This document shows positions 9,150-20,337 of a DNA stretch of 64,000 nt, in pieces. The stretch covers positions 29,300 through 93,299 of the forward strand of contig CAYZWR010000001.1 in the NCBI GenBank assembly GCA_964481735.1, given 5' to 3'. The position numbers and the translations under genes are program-made. The number at the start of each line of letters is the position of its first letter. Position 1 is the first letter of the stretch. The DNA comes from an uncultured Thermoanaerobaculia bacterium. Its GTDB lineage: Bacteria > Acidobacteriota > Thermoanaerobaculia > Multivoradales > JAGPDF01. The notes under the pieces were generated by a model. It had not been told where the DNA came from, ran no database searches, and saw only the letters and a list, made by a program, of their open reading frames with translations.

Positions 9150-10541
9150 ATGAAGAGAGCCACGCTCGCTGGCGGGACGATCGCCAGCGTGCTCGTCCTC
9201 GTCGCCCTTGCCGTCGCCTACCGGACGCTCCGGCGGGAGGTCGACTCCGCCACGGCGACTGCGCCCAGGCTCGCCCCTTCGACCCCGGCGCCGTCGGTCG
9301 AGAGGGCGGCAGCTTCGCCTGGCTTCCTCTATGGGCGGGTCGCCACCCTGGACGGCGTCACCTACGAGGGGCGACTGCGCTGGGGGGGTCACCAGGAGGC
9401 GTTCTGGGGCGACTACTTCAACGGCTTCAAGGGCGAGAACCCCTGGGCCGGTCAGGTGCCTCCCGGGCGGCTGCCCAAGGAGCGCCGAGCGATCGAGCTC
9501 TTCGGCGTCGAGATCGCCCTCGGGGAGCGCCCGGTCGCCCTCGGCCGGCCGTTCATGGCGCGCTTCGGCGACATCGCGCGCATCGCGGCGCGCGGCCGCG
9601 ACGTCGCGGTGACGCTCAAGAGCGGGACCCTGTTCCACCTCGACCGCCTCGAGGCGAGCGACCTCGACGACGGGGTGCGGGTGTGGGACGGCCGGCGGGG
9701 CGTCACCGACCTCGACAGTTTGCGGATCCGCGAGATCGAGCTCCTGCCCACCGCTTCGCCGAGCGACGTGCCGTCCCGGCTGCACGGCACGGTGCGCACG
9801 CGACAGGGCGACTTCACCGGCTTCGTGCAGTGGGCCCGAGCGCTGTGCGTCGGCACCGACGAGCTCGCCGGCGAGACCGCCGACGGCGAGGTTCGGCTGC
9901 GCTTCGACACCATCCGCTCCATTGCGCGCCGCTCGCTCGGCCGAGCCTTCATGCCGCCTCGCGACCTGGTGAGCGCGCTGGTGACGCTGCGCGACGGCCG
10001 CGAGATCGGGCTCGCCCGGATCCACGCCGTCGGCAACCTCGGGATCTATGTCGACGACCGGCGCTACGGCCGGGTGCTGGTCTCCTGGGACGCCTTCGAG
10101 CAACTCGATCTCGACTCCCGCGCCCCCGGCGACGCCGGCCCCGCCTACGGCGACTTCCCGCCGGGGAGCCCCCTCACCGGCCGCGTCGCCACCCGCTCCG
10201 GCATCCGTCTCGCCGGCCGGCTGGTCTACGACCTCGACGAGAGCGAGTCCACCGAGACGCTCGACGCCCCGGCCCGGGGAGTCGACTACACCATCCCCTT
10301 CGGCCGAGTCGCCTCGATCGTGCTCGGCGGCGGCGAACCGCGCGGCGGCGAGCGGGTCCGCGTGACCCTCCACGACGGCGAGGAGCTGCAGCTCGATCCG
10401 AGCGGTGACCTCGGCCGCGGGAATGCCGGCTTGCTGATCTTCGTCTCCGGCCAGGAGCGCCCCGAGTACGTCCCCTGGGCCGAGGTCGAGCGGGTCGACT
10501 TCGACCGCCCGCCGGCGATCTACCCGCCGCTCGACTCCTGA
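9150..10541 (+). CDS. membrane-anchored protein with three tandem ~130-aa repeats, unknown function
   Basis: N-terminal TM (IASVLVLVALAVAY); three copies of G(R/T)V.T..G...G.L…IPF/GR.V.VTL…VPW..VE.VDF pattern. Confidence 0.6.
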   Translation: MKRATLAGGTIASVLVLVALAVAYRTLRREVDSATATAPRLAPSTPAPSVERAAASPGFLYGRVATLDGVTYEGRLRWGGHQEAFWGDYFNGFKGENPWAGQVPPGRLPKERRAIELFGVEIALGERPVALGRPFMARFGDIARIAARGRDVAVTLKSGTLFHLDRLEASDLDDGVRVWDGRRGVTDLDSLRIREIELLPTASPSDVPSRLHGTVRTRQGDFTGFVQWARALCVGTDELAGETADGEVRLRFDTIRSIARRSLGRAFMPPRDLVSALVTLRDGREIGLARIHAVGNLGIYVDDRRYGRVLVSWDAFEQLDLDSRAPGDAGPAYGDFPPGSPLTGRVATRSGIRLAGRLVYDLDESESTETLDAPARGVDYTIPFGRVASIVLGGGEPRGGERVRVTLHDGEELQLDPSGDLGRGNAGLLIFVSGQERPEYVPWAEVERVDFDRPPAIYPPLDS

Positions 10542-10776
10542 GGCGCTGACCGCCTGGCGTCATCGTGGAGCTGTCCAGAATGCCCTCGCCGATTCGCTCG
10601 TCCGAACCCGCGCGACGCCGACAGCGCTGACCCGGGCCGCGGTCTCGCGGAATCGACCCCCGGCACTCCCGAGCCGGTTTCCTGGGCGCCGGCCCCCGGG
10701 GGGGGAGCGAAATAACTCGCCGCCCCGCGCGTTGTCAGAGCATGACCTGCGACCAGCCATCGGGGACCAGAACGAC

Positions 10777-11715
10777 ATGAAGCGGGCGCTGCAGATTCTC
10801 GGCGCCCTGCTCGCTCTGTTGCTCGCGCTTTTTTTCGGCGTCGCCTACTTCTCCGCTCAGCGAGCCGACTATGCCTGGCGGCCCAGGATCGCCCAGCCGT
10901 CGTTCACCGTCGAGTCACCGCGCCTGCTGTTCGACGAGGGGCACTTCAATGCCTCGACCGCCGGCTTCACCGGGCGCTACTGGCCCTTCGCGCGCCTGCT
11001 GCGGGCCGATGGGTACGCCTTCGAGCGGCGGTCTGAGGCGTTCACTTCCGCGACCTTCGAGGGCGTCCGGATCCTCGTCGTCGCCAATGCCTCCGGCGCC
11101 CCCAAGCCGCAGCTCTTCGGCCTGAACCTGCCGGTTCGCACCGTCGGGCGACGCGGCGATCCGGCTTTTCGCCAAGCCGAGATCGATGCCGTGCGGAGCT
11201 GGATCGTCGACGGTGGGTCGCTGCTCCTGATCGCCGATCACGCACCCTTCGGCGAAGCGGCGGCGGATCTCGCCGCGGCGCTCGGCGTCACGATGCACCG
11301 CGGTTTCGTGGAGGTCCCGGGGGAGCCCTCCGATCCACTGCTCTTCTCCGACGACAACGGCCGTCTGGGCGATCATCCCATCCTCCGAGGGTGGGCGCCT
11401 GGAGAAGGCGTCCGCCGCGTGATGACCTACACCGGACAGTCGCTCGACGGGCCCGTCGGCGCCGTCGTGCTCCTCCGCCTGCCGGAGACCGCGGTGGAGG
11501 CGGTGCCGGTCGGCGACGCCCTGGAGGAGCGTCCGGCCGGCCAGGCGCAGGGGCTCGCGTTCGCCTTGGGGCGGGGTCGCGTGGTCGTTCTGGGCGAGGC
11601 CGCCATGGTCACCGCGCAGGTGAGTCGGCGGGTCCCCTACGGCATCAACGCGGGGGACAACGACAACCAGCAGTTCGTGCGCAACACCCTGCGCTGGCTC
11701 GCTCACGAGCGGTGA
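10777..11715 (+). CDS. membrane-anchored DUF4350-like (GldG N-terminal-like) protein
   Basis: TM helix then ILVVANASG…GGSLLLIADHAPFG segment; start chosen at ATG 10777 (MKRALQILGALLALLLALFF). Confidence 0.45.
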   Translation: MKRALQILGALLALLLALFFGVAYFSAQRADYAWRPRIAQPSFTVESPRLLFDEGHFNASTAGFTGRYWPFARLLRADGYAFERRSEAFTSATFEGVRILVVANASGAPKPQLFGLNLPVRTVGRRGDPAFRQAEIDAVRSWIVDGGSLLLIADHAPFGEAAADLAAALGVTMHRGFVEVPGEPSDPLLFSDDNGRLGDHPILRGWAPGEGVRRVMTYTGQSLDGPVGAVVLLRLPETAVEAVPVGDALEERPAGQAQGLAFALGRGRVVVLGEAAMVTAQVSRRVPYGINAGDNDNQQFVRNTLRWLAHER

Positions 11716-11761
11716 CGTGGAGTCGCCCCTTCGCGAGCACCTCTCAGCGCCAGTCCGGTGA

Positions 11762-12034
11762 GGAGTTTCGTCGCTCGCCTTCCGGCAGGTCCGAGCCGAG
11801 TGGCGCTCCGATGACCGCCCGCTGCCGCCGGCGCGCGACCACCAGCGCGCGCTCTACGCGGCCGGCATCCCGGCCACCGCCTTCCTGACCGACGACATCG
11901 AGAGCGGGTACGCGCGCCTCCTGCTGCGCGGCGTCGAGTTCCGCGGCGAGCCCCAGGCGATGGGCTCGATCACCGCGGTCCTCTTCGAGGACGGCTGCGG
12001 CAACCTGCTGCACCTCGTCCAGCCGGCGGGGTGA
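11762..12034 (+). pseudogene. remnant of a VOC/glyoxalase-family gene (C-terminal half only, no start codon)
   Basis: Open frame ...ATAFLTDDIESGYARLLLRGVEFRGEPQAMGSITAVLFEDGCGNLLHLVQPAG* resembles the second beta-alpha-beta-beta-beta half of a glyoxalase/bleomycin-resistance fold; frame opens right after a TGA with no ATG/GTG/TTG. Confidence 0.3.
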
Positions 12035-12120
12035 GGCACGCGGCGAGGGGCGGGCCAGGCGGGCGCCGCCCGGCGCCGCCGCTCGGCTGGCAACGAGGCC
12101 GGTGCCGCCGATTCGAAGCG

Positions 12121-12840
12121 CTACTGGAACGAGGCCTCGTGCTGCTTCTTCAGGTCCTCCCAGCGCTTCTTGAGCTCCTTCTCCTCTTCCTTGGTGAGAA
12201 TGCGGAAGGGCACCTGAACCTCGCTGCCGGCGAACTGGACGTGCAGCCAGTGCTGGCCGAGCTGGATGCCGCCCGGGACCTTGAAGTAGAGCCGGCCGAG
12301 GCAGGCGCGCTGCCAGCTGAGCTCGGTCTCGTCCCAGGCCGGACCCGGCGAGGTGTTGTCGGCGAAGAACCGCAGGGCGCAGGTCTGGGTGGCGTCCATC
12401 GGGAAGTAGCCGATCGAGTCGGCCATCATCCGCGCCCGCTTGTTCAGGCCGGCGAGGCTCCCCACGGTGGCCTGGTACTCCTGCTGGGTGGCGAGCGGGA
12501 TCTTCTTGCCGTCCGGCGTCGAGACCCAGATGTGCTCGCGCTTCAGCTTGTAATCGGGCGCCGGCTTGCGCAGCGTGACGCCCATCTGGAGCAGCATCCA
12601 CTCCTTGCCGAGCTCGTCCTGCGCCATGCGATAGCCGAGCGTCGCGTAGCCTTCGTTGTTGTAGGCGACGCGCACGAACTGCCCCTCGAGGGTGAAGACC
12701 TCGGGCACGGTCGGCTGCGGCGCGATGACCTGGGTCTGGGCCCCGGCCAGCGTGGCGCCGGCGAACACCAGCGTGGCAAGCATCGTCGTGACGCGCGCCG
12801 CGCGGCGCGTCGGGCCGTCGTTCACTCTGCGGATTCTCAT
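12121..12840 (-). CDS. hypothetical secreted protein with Lys/Glu-rich C-terminal tail
   Basis: ATG 12840 preceded by GAGGAGGA; signal peptide MLATLVFAGATLAGA; alternative ATG at 12783. Confidence 0.55.
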   Translation of the reverse strand: MRIRRVNDGPTRRAARVTTMLATLVFAGATLAGAQTQVIAPQPTVPEVFTLEGQFVRVAYNNEGYATLGYRMAQDELGKEWMLLQMGVTLRKPAPDYKLKREHIWVSTPDGKKIPLATQQEYQATVGSLAGLNKRARMMADSIGYFPMDATQTCALRFFADNTSPGPAWDETELSWQRACLGRLYFKVPGGIQLGQHWLHVQFAGSEVQVPFRILTKEEEKELKKRWEDLKKQHEASFQ

Positions 12841-12984
12841 GTTCGTCCTCCTCGTGGGAATGTCGGCCCCGGGCCGGAGCCTCGCTGGGAGCTTAGCAGT
12901 GCGCCGCATCTCGGGCCGCTCCCCGCGGCGCCCGTCTCCTGGTAGCCTCCGCCGCGATCGATTCGCGTCCCGGGAGGATCCGCC

Positions 12985-13314
12985 ATGCCGCCAGCTCCGG
13001 TCACCGTCCTCATCGCCTACCGCGCCCTGCCGGGCGAGGCCGCGCGCGCCGTGCGCGAGCTCGGCGAGCTCGTCGCCACGGTGGTCACCCTGGAGTCCGA
13101 CTGTCTGGGGATCCGGATGTTGCGCGACGAGGAGGATCCGGACCGCCTCCTGCTGGTCGAAGCCTGGACGAGCCGCGCGGCCTACCTCGGCCCACACCTC
13201 GAAACGCCGCACCTCGGCGCCTTCCGGGCGCGCGCCGCCGAGTTTCTCGCCGGTCCGCCGGAGATCAGCTTCTGGTCGACGGTCGCCGACGCGACGGCGC
13301 GGCCAGCGGGCTGA
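12985..13314 (+). CDS. antibiotic biosynthesis monooxygenase (ABM) family protein
   Basis: 109 aa ferredoxin-like ABM pattern (VTVLIAYRALPGEA…LLVEAWTSRAAY). Confidence 0.7.
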   Translation: MPPAPVTVLIAYRALPGEAARAVRELGELVATVVTLESDCLGIRMLRDEEDPDRLLLVEAWTSRAAYLGPHLETPHLGAFRARAAEFLAGPPEISFWSTVADATARPAG

Positions 13315-13331
13315 AGGGAACGACCCGCTCG

Positions 13332-13982
13332 ATGTTCATCGGTCATTTCGCGGTCGCGTTGGCGGCCAAGCGGCCGGCGCCGCGGGTCTCGCTGGGGACG
13401 CTCTGCTTCGCCGCGCAGTTTCTCGATCTGCTCTGGCCCTGGTTGATCCTCGGCGGCCTCGAAACGGTGCGCATCGCGCCCGGGATCACGGTGGTCACGC
13501 CGCTCGACTTCGCCTCCTACCCGTACAGCCACAGCGCCGCGGCGGCGCTCGGCTGGGGGCTGCTCTTCGCGGCGGTCCACTGGCTGCGCCGCCGCGACGG
13601 ACGGACCGCGCTGCTGCTCGCCGGCGTCGTCTTCAGCCACTGGCTGCTCGACTTCGCGACTCACCGCCCCGACCTCCAGCTCTGGGGCGGCAATCCCACC
13701 CGGGTCGGGCTCGAGCTCTGGCGATCGCTCCCGGGAACGCTCGCGGTCGAGCTCGCGCTCTTCGCGCTCGGCGCCGCGCTCTATCTCGGCACGACGCGGC
13801 CGCGTGACGCCGCGGGGCGCTGGGGATTCTGGGGCCTCGTCGCCTTCCTGCTCGTCGTCTACGTCCTGGCGCTCTTCGGCCCGCCGCCCCCGAGCGTCGC
13901 CGCGATCGGCTGGGCGGGCCAGGCGACCTGGCTCCTGGTCGCCTGGGGATGGTGGGTCGATCGCCACCGGAGCGCCGCCTGA
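13332..13982 (+). CDS. membrane-bound metal-dependent hydrolase-like protein (YdjM/DUF457-like)
   Basis: MFIGHFAVALAAK start, multiple TM helices with conserved His residues. Confidence 0.5.
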   Translation: MFIGHFAVALAAKRPAPRVSLGTLCFAAQFLDLLWPWLILGGLETVRIAPGITVVTPLDFASYPYSHSAAAALGWGLLFAAVHWLRRRDGRTALLLAGVVFSHWLLDFATHRPDLQLWGGNPTRVGLELWRSLPGTLAVELALFALGAALYLGTTRPRDAAGRWGFWGLVAFLLVVYVLALFGPPPPSVAAIGWAGQATWLLVAWGWWVDRHRSAA

Positions 13983-14001
13983 CCGGCGTCCCTTGGCCGC
14001 G

Positions 14002-15420
14002 ATGAGCCTGCCGAGCTTCACGCTGGTCTGGGAGTTCGAGGTCCAAGCCGGCCGGGAGGAGGAGTTTCGCGCCCTCTATGGCCCTGACGGCGCCTGGGCG
14101 GAACTCTTCGCGCGTCACCCGGGGTTTCTCGCCACTCGCCTGCTCGCCGATCGCGACCAACCCGGGAGATTCGTCACCGTCGATCAGTGGCGCAGCGCCG
14201 AGGCCTGGCAGGAGTTCCGCGTCCAGTTCGCCGCCGACTACGCAACCCTCGATCGCCGCGGCGAGGAGCTGACGCGCCGCGAGCGGGCGCTCGGCGCCTT
14301 CGACGAGCCCGCGACGCGGCCCGCGGACGACCTGGCGCACGCCATCGTCGGACCACCGACCGCGCGGCCGGCGTTCGTCGGCTGGACCGCCGACGGACCC
14401 GGCGGCGCCAGCCCGCCGGTCGGGAGCTGGACGGAGTTCGCGGCGCGCTTCGGCGGCTTCGATGCGCGCAGTCCATTGACCGCCACCCTCTACCACTACT
14501 TCGCCAACGGCGGCGGGCCGGCGACGATCGTGCGCCTCACGAGCCAGCCGCCGCTCGCGCCCGACACGCCCGCTTTCGAAGCCCTGCTGCTCGGGCAGGG
14601 CCTCGCGGCGCTCGACACGATCGACGACTTCAACCTGCTGGCGGTGCCCGGCGAGTCGAACCCGACGGTGGTGGCGCGTCTCCAGGCCTACGTCGCGACC
14701 CGGCGCGCCTTCCTGCTGGTCGATGCCGCCCCCTCCGCGACCGTCGAACAGCTGCGCTTCGGGCCCGACCCCGCGATCACCGGTCCGGCGGCGGCGAACT
14801 CCGCGCTCTACTTCCCCTGGCTCGAGACCGCCGACCCGGCCGGCGCGCCTCCCGGCCTCGCCGTGCCCCCCTGCGGCTTCGTCGCCGCCATCTATGCCCG
14901 CAGCGACGCGGCCCACGGGGTCTGGAAGTCGCCGGCGGGGGAGGTGGCCCGGCTGCTCGGCGCGACCGGCCTGACGGCGGAGCTCTCCGATGCGCCGGCC
15001 CGCGCGCTCAACGGGCGCGGGATCAACTGCATTCGCCGGTTTCCCACCGGCGAGGTTCAGCTCTGGGGCGCGCGCACCCTGGCCGGCGGCGACGCCGCGG
15101 GCTCGGAGTGGAAGTACGTCAGTGTCCGCCGCCTGGCGCTCTTCGTCGAGGAGTCGGTCGAGCGCGGCACCCGCTGGGCCGGCGCCGAGCCGAACCGCGA
15201 AGCCCTGCGCGAGGCGCTGCGGGAGAGCTGCGTGGGATTCCTCGACGAGCTCTGGCGCGCCGGTGCCCTCGCCGGCCGGCGGCCCAGCGAGGCCTACTTC
15301 GTCCAGGTCGAGACCGCGCCCGAGGATCCCGCGGCCCTTCGCCTCACTCTCGGCATCGCCCCGCTGCGTCCGGCGGAGTTCCTGCTGCTGCGCGTCGATC
15401 CGCCGCGCCTCGCGCTGTAA
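14002..15420 (+). CDS. contractile-tail sheath homolog (phage/eCIS-type) with N-terminal ABM-like domain
   Basis: Sheath hallmarks YHYFANGGG, ALYFPWL..VPPCGFVAAIYARSD..GVWKSPAGE, GINCIRRFPTGEVQLWGARTL, EWKYVSVRRLALFVEESV, EPN..FYVQ..IAPLRPAEF; first ~90 aa FTLVWEFEV…FVTVDQWRSAEAWQEF look ABM-like; ATG 14002. Confidence 0.75.
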   Translation: MSLPSFTLVWEFEVQAGREEEFRALYGPDGAWAELFARHPGFLATRLLADRDQPGRFVTVDQWRSAEAWQEFRVQFAADYATLDRRGEELTRRERALGAFDEPATRPADDLAHAIVGPPTARPAFVGWTADGPGGASPPVGSWTEFAARFGGFDARSPLTATLYHYFANGGGPATIVRLTSQPPLAPDTPAFEALLLGQGLAALDTIDDFNLLAVPGESNPTVVARLQAYVATRRAFLLVDAAPSATVEQLRFGPDPAITGPAAANSALYFPWLETADPAGAPPGLAVPPCGFVAAIYARSDAAHGVWKSPAGEVARLLGATGLTAELSDAPARALNGRGINCIRRFPTGEVQLWGARTLAGGDAAGSEWKYVSVRRLALFVEESVERGTRWAGAEPNREALREALRESCVGFLDELWRAGALAGRRPSEAYFVQVETAPEDPAALRLTLGIAPLRPAEFLLLRVDPPRLAL

Positions 15421-15478
15421 GAACCGCCGCTCGGCGGCGTAGAGTCGTCGGTGGTCCCTCGCGGTACGGAGATCCGAG

Positions 15479-16558
15479 GTGCGACGACTCTGGCGCTTCA
15501 CCTGGCGGACGCTCGCCGCGCTCCTGGCGGCGGCCGTCCTCTACTGCCTCATCCCGATCCGGCCGACGCTCGCGCCGATCCGTCCGCGCCCCGAGACGGC
15601 CACCTGGACAATGGCTGCGGGCTACCGCATTGCCTACCTCCGGGTGCCGGCACCGGGCGGGGCGAGCGCACCGCCGATCGTCTTCCTGCACGGTGGACCG
15701 GGGGGTTACGTCCACTCCTCGATCGTCTCGACCCTGGCGCCGCTCGCCGCGGCGGGGCACGATCTCTACTTCTATGACCAAGTGGGCTCCGGGCTCTCCG
15801 ATCGTCTCCCCAAGCCCAAGGACTATTCCTTTCTGGGGCACGTCGCCGATCTCGACGAGATCGTCCGCGAAGAGCTCGCGGCGCCGCAGGTCATCCTGAT
15901 CGGTCATTCCTACGGCGGGATGCTCGCCGCCGAATACGTCGCGCTCCACCCCGAGCGGGTCGCGCGGCTGGTGTTGTCGTCACCGGGCGGGCTGCCGCCG
16001 GCGCTCTTCGACGGCGACGGACGGTGGATCAACGAGTCCAAGTACCCGGTGCCGCCCGAGCTCCGCTTCGTCGAGCCCGCGGCGGTGGCGATGGACGGCC
16101 TGCGCTTCTGGCCGCCGCGCGCGCTCGCCGCCATCGCGCTCGCGACGGCGTTCGACGTCAAACTGATGGGGGACGCCGAGGCCGACGGGGTGCTCAACAC
16201 CCTCGCCTCCCGGTTCACCGCCGGCATGGTCTGCGACCCGGCGAACGTCCTCCCCGAGGAGGGGGGCGGCGGCTTCTATTCGCATGGCGGGAGCAACTGG
16301 TTCGGCGGCCTCGAGGATCCGCGCCCCCTCCTCGCCCAGCGCACCCTGCCGGTCCTCGTTCTCCACGGAGCGTGCGACTACCTTCCCTACGCCTCGACCT
16401 ACGAGTACGTCGACCTCTTGCCCAACGCGCGCTACGTCTTCGTCGAAGGGGCCGGTCACATCCTCTGGTGGGATCGCCCGGAGCGCTACGCGGCGGAGAT
16501 CACCCAGTTCCTCGTCGAGCCCCGGGAGGCCGGCACCATCCGCTCGCCCACCGGCTAG
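15479..16558 (+). CDS. alpha/beta hydrolase (proline iminopeptidase-like, S33 family)
   Basis: HGGPGG oxyanion region, GHSYGG nucleophile elbow, N-terminal TM/signal; GTG start. Confidence 0.8.
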   Translation: MRRLWRFTWRTLAALLAAAVLYCLIPIRPTLAPIRPRPETATWTMAAGYRIAYLRVPAPGGASAPPIVFLHGGPGGYVHSSIVSTLAPLAAAGHDLYFYDQVGSGLSDRLPKPKDYSFLGHVADLDEIVREELAAPQVILIGHSYGGMLAAEYVALHPERVARLVLSSPGGLPPALFDGDGRWINESKYPVPPELRFVEPAAVAMDGLRFWPPRALAAIALATAFDVKLMGDAEADGVLNTLASRFTAGMVCDPANVLPEEGGGGFYSHGGSNWFGGLEDPRPLLAQRTLPVLVLHGACDYLPYASTYEYVDLLPNARYVFVEGAGHILWWDRPERYAAEITQFLVEPREAGTIRSPTG

Positions 16559-16599
16559 ACTGCGCGACGCGCCCGGCTCGCGGCGCCCGGAGGAGACCG

Positions 16600-16965
<366 letters not shown>

Positions 16966-17016
16966 GCGCGCCGCCCGGCGCTAGACTGTCGCCGATCCCC
17001 CCCAAGGAGGGTGGCC

Positions 17017-17205
17017 ATGAGCTGCCGTGCCTATCACCTCGTCTCCGGCCTGGTCTTCGCGCTGGTCGCGCTGCTCCATCTCGTCCGCTCGGTGCAGGGT
17101 CTGCCGGTCGTCGCCGGGAGCTGGGAGGTCCCCCTGGCGCTCTCCTGGGCCGGGACGGCCGGCGCCGCCTTCCTGTCGATCTGGGCCTTCCGCTCGCGCG
17201 GCTAG
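17017..17205 (+). CDS. small hydrophobic membrane protein
   Basis: AAGGAGG 6 nt upstream of ATG 17017; two predicted TM helices; 62 aa. Confidence 0.4.
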   Translation: MSCRAYHLVSGLVFALVALLHLVRSVQGLPVVAGSWEVPLALSWAGTAGAAFLSIWAFRSRG

Positions 17206-17921
17206 TCCGGCGGCCGGTCGCCTCCCGTCGCGGGTGTTTGCAGCGACGCGGCCGCGGCGAGCACGACGTAGAGGTGGAAGCGATCCTCGTTCCTGACCGC
17301 GCCGAGGAAGGCCGAATAGGGCTCGATGCCGAACTCGCTGAAGCGGTACTCGCCGAGGATCTCGACGGCGAGCGCGTCCCCGTCGAGTCGCCACGCCGCC
17401 GGCAGCTCGCGCTCCACCGTCCGGCCATGGAGCGTCAAGCGGAACCTGACCGCCCAGAGGAAGGGCGAGCCCGCCGCGCCCTGTCGCCGTTCGACGCCGA
17501 GCACCTCGGCGGCGAGCTCGGGAAAGCGCGCGGCGTCGAGCTGACCGGCTTCGAGCCCCGCGCGGCGGATCTTCTGCCGCTCGTCGTCGTCCACCGGACC
17601 GAGCCCGCCGGCGAGCGCTCCGAGCTCGCGCAGCCGCCCCTGCCAGGCGGCGCGCGCCGCCGGCGGATCGAACTCGAGAAGTTCGACCGCGAGCCGCCCC
17701 TGCCAGCGCGTGGCCTCGGGAGCCGCCGGATCGAACGCGAACTCCGCCACCGGCACCGGCACGGTGATCAGGTGATCGTGGGCGAAGCCCCCGGCGAACC
17801 CCGCCTTGTGGGTCAGCACCGCGACGACCGAGCGCGCCGGATCGACCGCGAAGCGCTCGGCCGCGAGCGGCGCGGCGAGCCCGACGGCGAAGAGGCAGAG
17901 CAGCGTGGCGCGACGGCGCAT
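17202..17921 (-). CDS. YceI-like periplasmic protein
   Basis: Signal peptide plus FAGGFAHDH motif typical of YceI family. Confidence 0.7.
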   Translation of the reverse strand: MRRRATLLCLFAVGLAAPLAAERFAVDPARSVVAVLTHKAGFAGGFAHDHLITVPVPVAEFAFDPAAPEATRWQGRLAVELLEFDPPAARAAWQGRLRELGALAGGLGPVDDDERQKIRRAGLEAGQLDAARFPELAAEVLGVERRQGAAGSPFLWAVRFRLTLHGRTVERELPAAWRLDGDALAVEILGEYRFSEFGIEPYSAFLGAVRNEDRFHLYVVLAAAASLQTPATGGDRPPD

Positions 17922-17984
17922 GTCGGATCCCCCGGTGGCGTGCAGCGGGCCCTAGGTTAGACAGCCCGTGCGCCTCCGGGGAAC

Positions 17985-18026
17985 TGCCAAAAGTGAGGGG
18001 CCGCCCCCGACCCAGGAGGCGGCCCC
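17985..18026 (-). terminator. candidate intrinsic terminator downstream of the sigma-54-driven secreted-protein gene
   Basis: Perfect 9-bp stem GGGGCCGCC/GGCGGCCCC with 12-nt loop followed on the minus strand by UCACUUUUGG. Confidence 0.4.
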
Positions 18027-18070
18027 GGAGGGATCGGCGGTCGACCCGAGGCCAGGGCGACCGCAGCGGG

Positions 18071-18796
18071 TCACGGCTGTTCGTCGCCCCCGGCGTGCTC
18101 CTCGACCTCGAGCACGATCACCTTCTTGCCCGGCTCCCCCTCGCCGACCATCACCCTCGGCTTGGGCGCCGACTCGCGCAGCGCCTGGATCACCAGATCC
18201 TGAGTCGCGGCGTCGAGCGCCTGGAACTTCGCCGTGCTGCGCAGGCGCTCGATCGTCGCGTCGACCGAGAGCGGCAGGGCGACCGCCGATCCGTCGCCGC
18301 TCGTCCAGGCGAAACTCGAGCCGTCGCCGTCGAGGCGACGGACGATCTTCACCTGCCCCTCCTCGGCGCCGGCACCGGAGTGGAAGACCATGGTGTTGCC
18401 CCCGCCGTCGGCGTCGCGCAGCTCGATCTGGTGCCGGCGCAGCACGACCTCTCCCTCGCCCGGCGCCGCGTCGAAGTGGTCCTCGAGGCGCAGCGTCTTG
18501 CCGTCGACCTCGACCGTGAAGCCCGCCTCGTCGCGGGTCACCGTGACCGGCTTGCCCGACTCGCTGGTGAAGCTGCGGCTCTCACCCACCGCGAGCGCGT
18601 GCAGATCCTCGAGCACCATCGCCTCGTGGCCGCCGTCGCGGTCGAGCACCAGCTTGATCTCCGATTTCATCTCGGCCGCCGAAGCAGCGGCGTCCTCGTC
18701 CGTCGCCATGCCCCAGGCCGCCACCGCGCCGAAGGCGAGCAGCAACGCAGCCAGGGTGAGTCGGCTCCTGCCGGTGAGCTTGCGATTGCCATGCAT
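18071..18796 (-). CDS. secreted hypothetical protein, sigma-54 dependent
   Basis: ATG 18796 after AAGGAG; signal peptide MHGNRKLTGRSRLTLAALLLAFGAVAAWG; 241 aa acidic Gly/Asp-rich periplasmic protein. Confidence 0.65.
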   Translation of the reverse strand: MHGNRKLTGRSRLTLAALLLAFGAVAAWGMATDEDAAASAAEMKSEIKLVLDRDGGHEAMVLEDLHALAVGESRSFTSESGKPVTVTRDEAGFTVEVDGKTLRLEDHFDAAPGEGEVVLRRHQIELRDADGGGNTMVFHSGAGAEEGQVKIVRRLDGDGSSFAWTSGDGSAVALPLSVDATIERLRSTAKFQALDAATQDLVIQALRESAPKPRVMVGEGEPGKKVIVLEVEEHAGGDEQP

Positions 18797-18847
18797 GTTC
18801 GCGTCTCCTTGTTGGACCGGCGGCTCGTGCCGCGCAGCGGAGGAAAA

Positions 18848-18863
18848 GGCAAGGACGATGCCA
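18848..18863 (-). promoter_or_regulatory. sigma-54 (-24/-12) promoter TGGCATCGTCCTTGCC
   Basis: Minus-strand read gives TGGCAT-N5-TTGC with exact GG-N10-GC spacing, ~50 nt upstream of ATG 18796; inverted repeat GTGGA-N5-TCCAC at 18878-18892 just upstream. Confidence 0.6.
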
Positions 18864-18945
18864 ATCGCCGGAGCCCCGTGGACGCGCTCCACCGCCCGCG
18901 GCGCTACGCAGATGGGGAGATCGCTCCTCAATTCGGGACTCGCTC

Positions 18946-20333
<1,388 letters not shown>

Positions 20334-20337
<4 letters not shown>

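Noticed and set aside
10541-10776. GC palindrome CCCCCGGGGGG in the 235-nt spacer as a mobile element or repeat end
   Set aside because: Single copy in the window, no flanking direct repeats or transposase; more likely a terminator or regulatory hairpin
11391-11888. 165-aa ORF spanning the DUF4350 gene end and the VOC remnant
   Set aside because: Arg/Gly-rich low-complexity translation overlapping a better-supported gene in another frame
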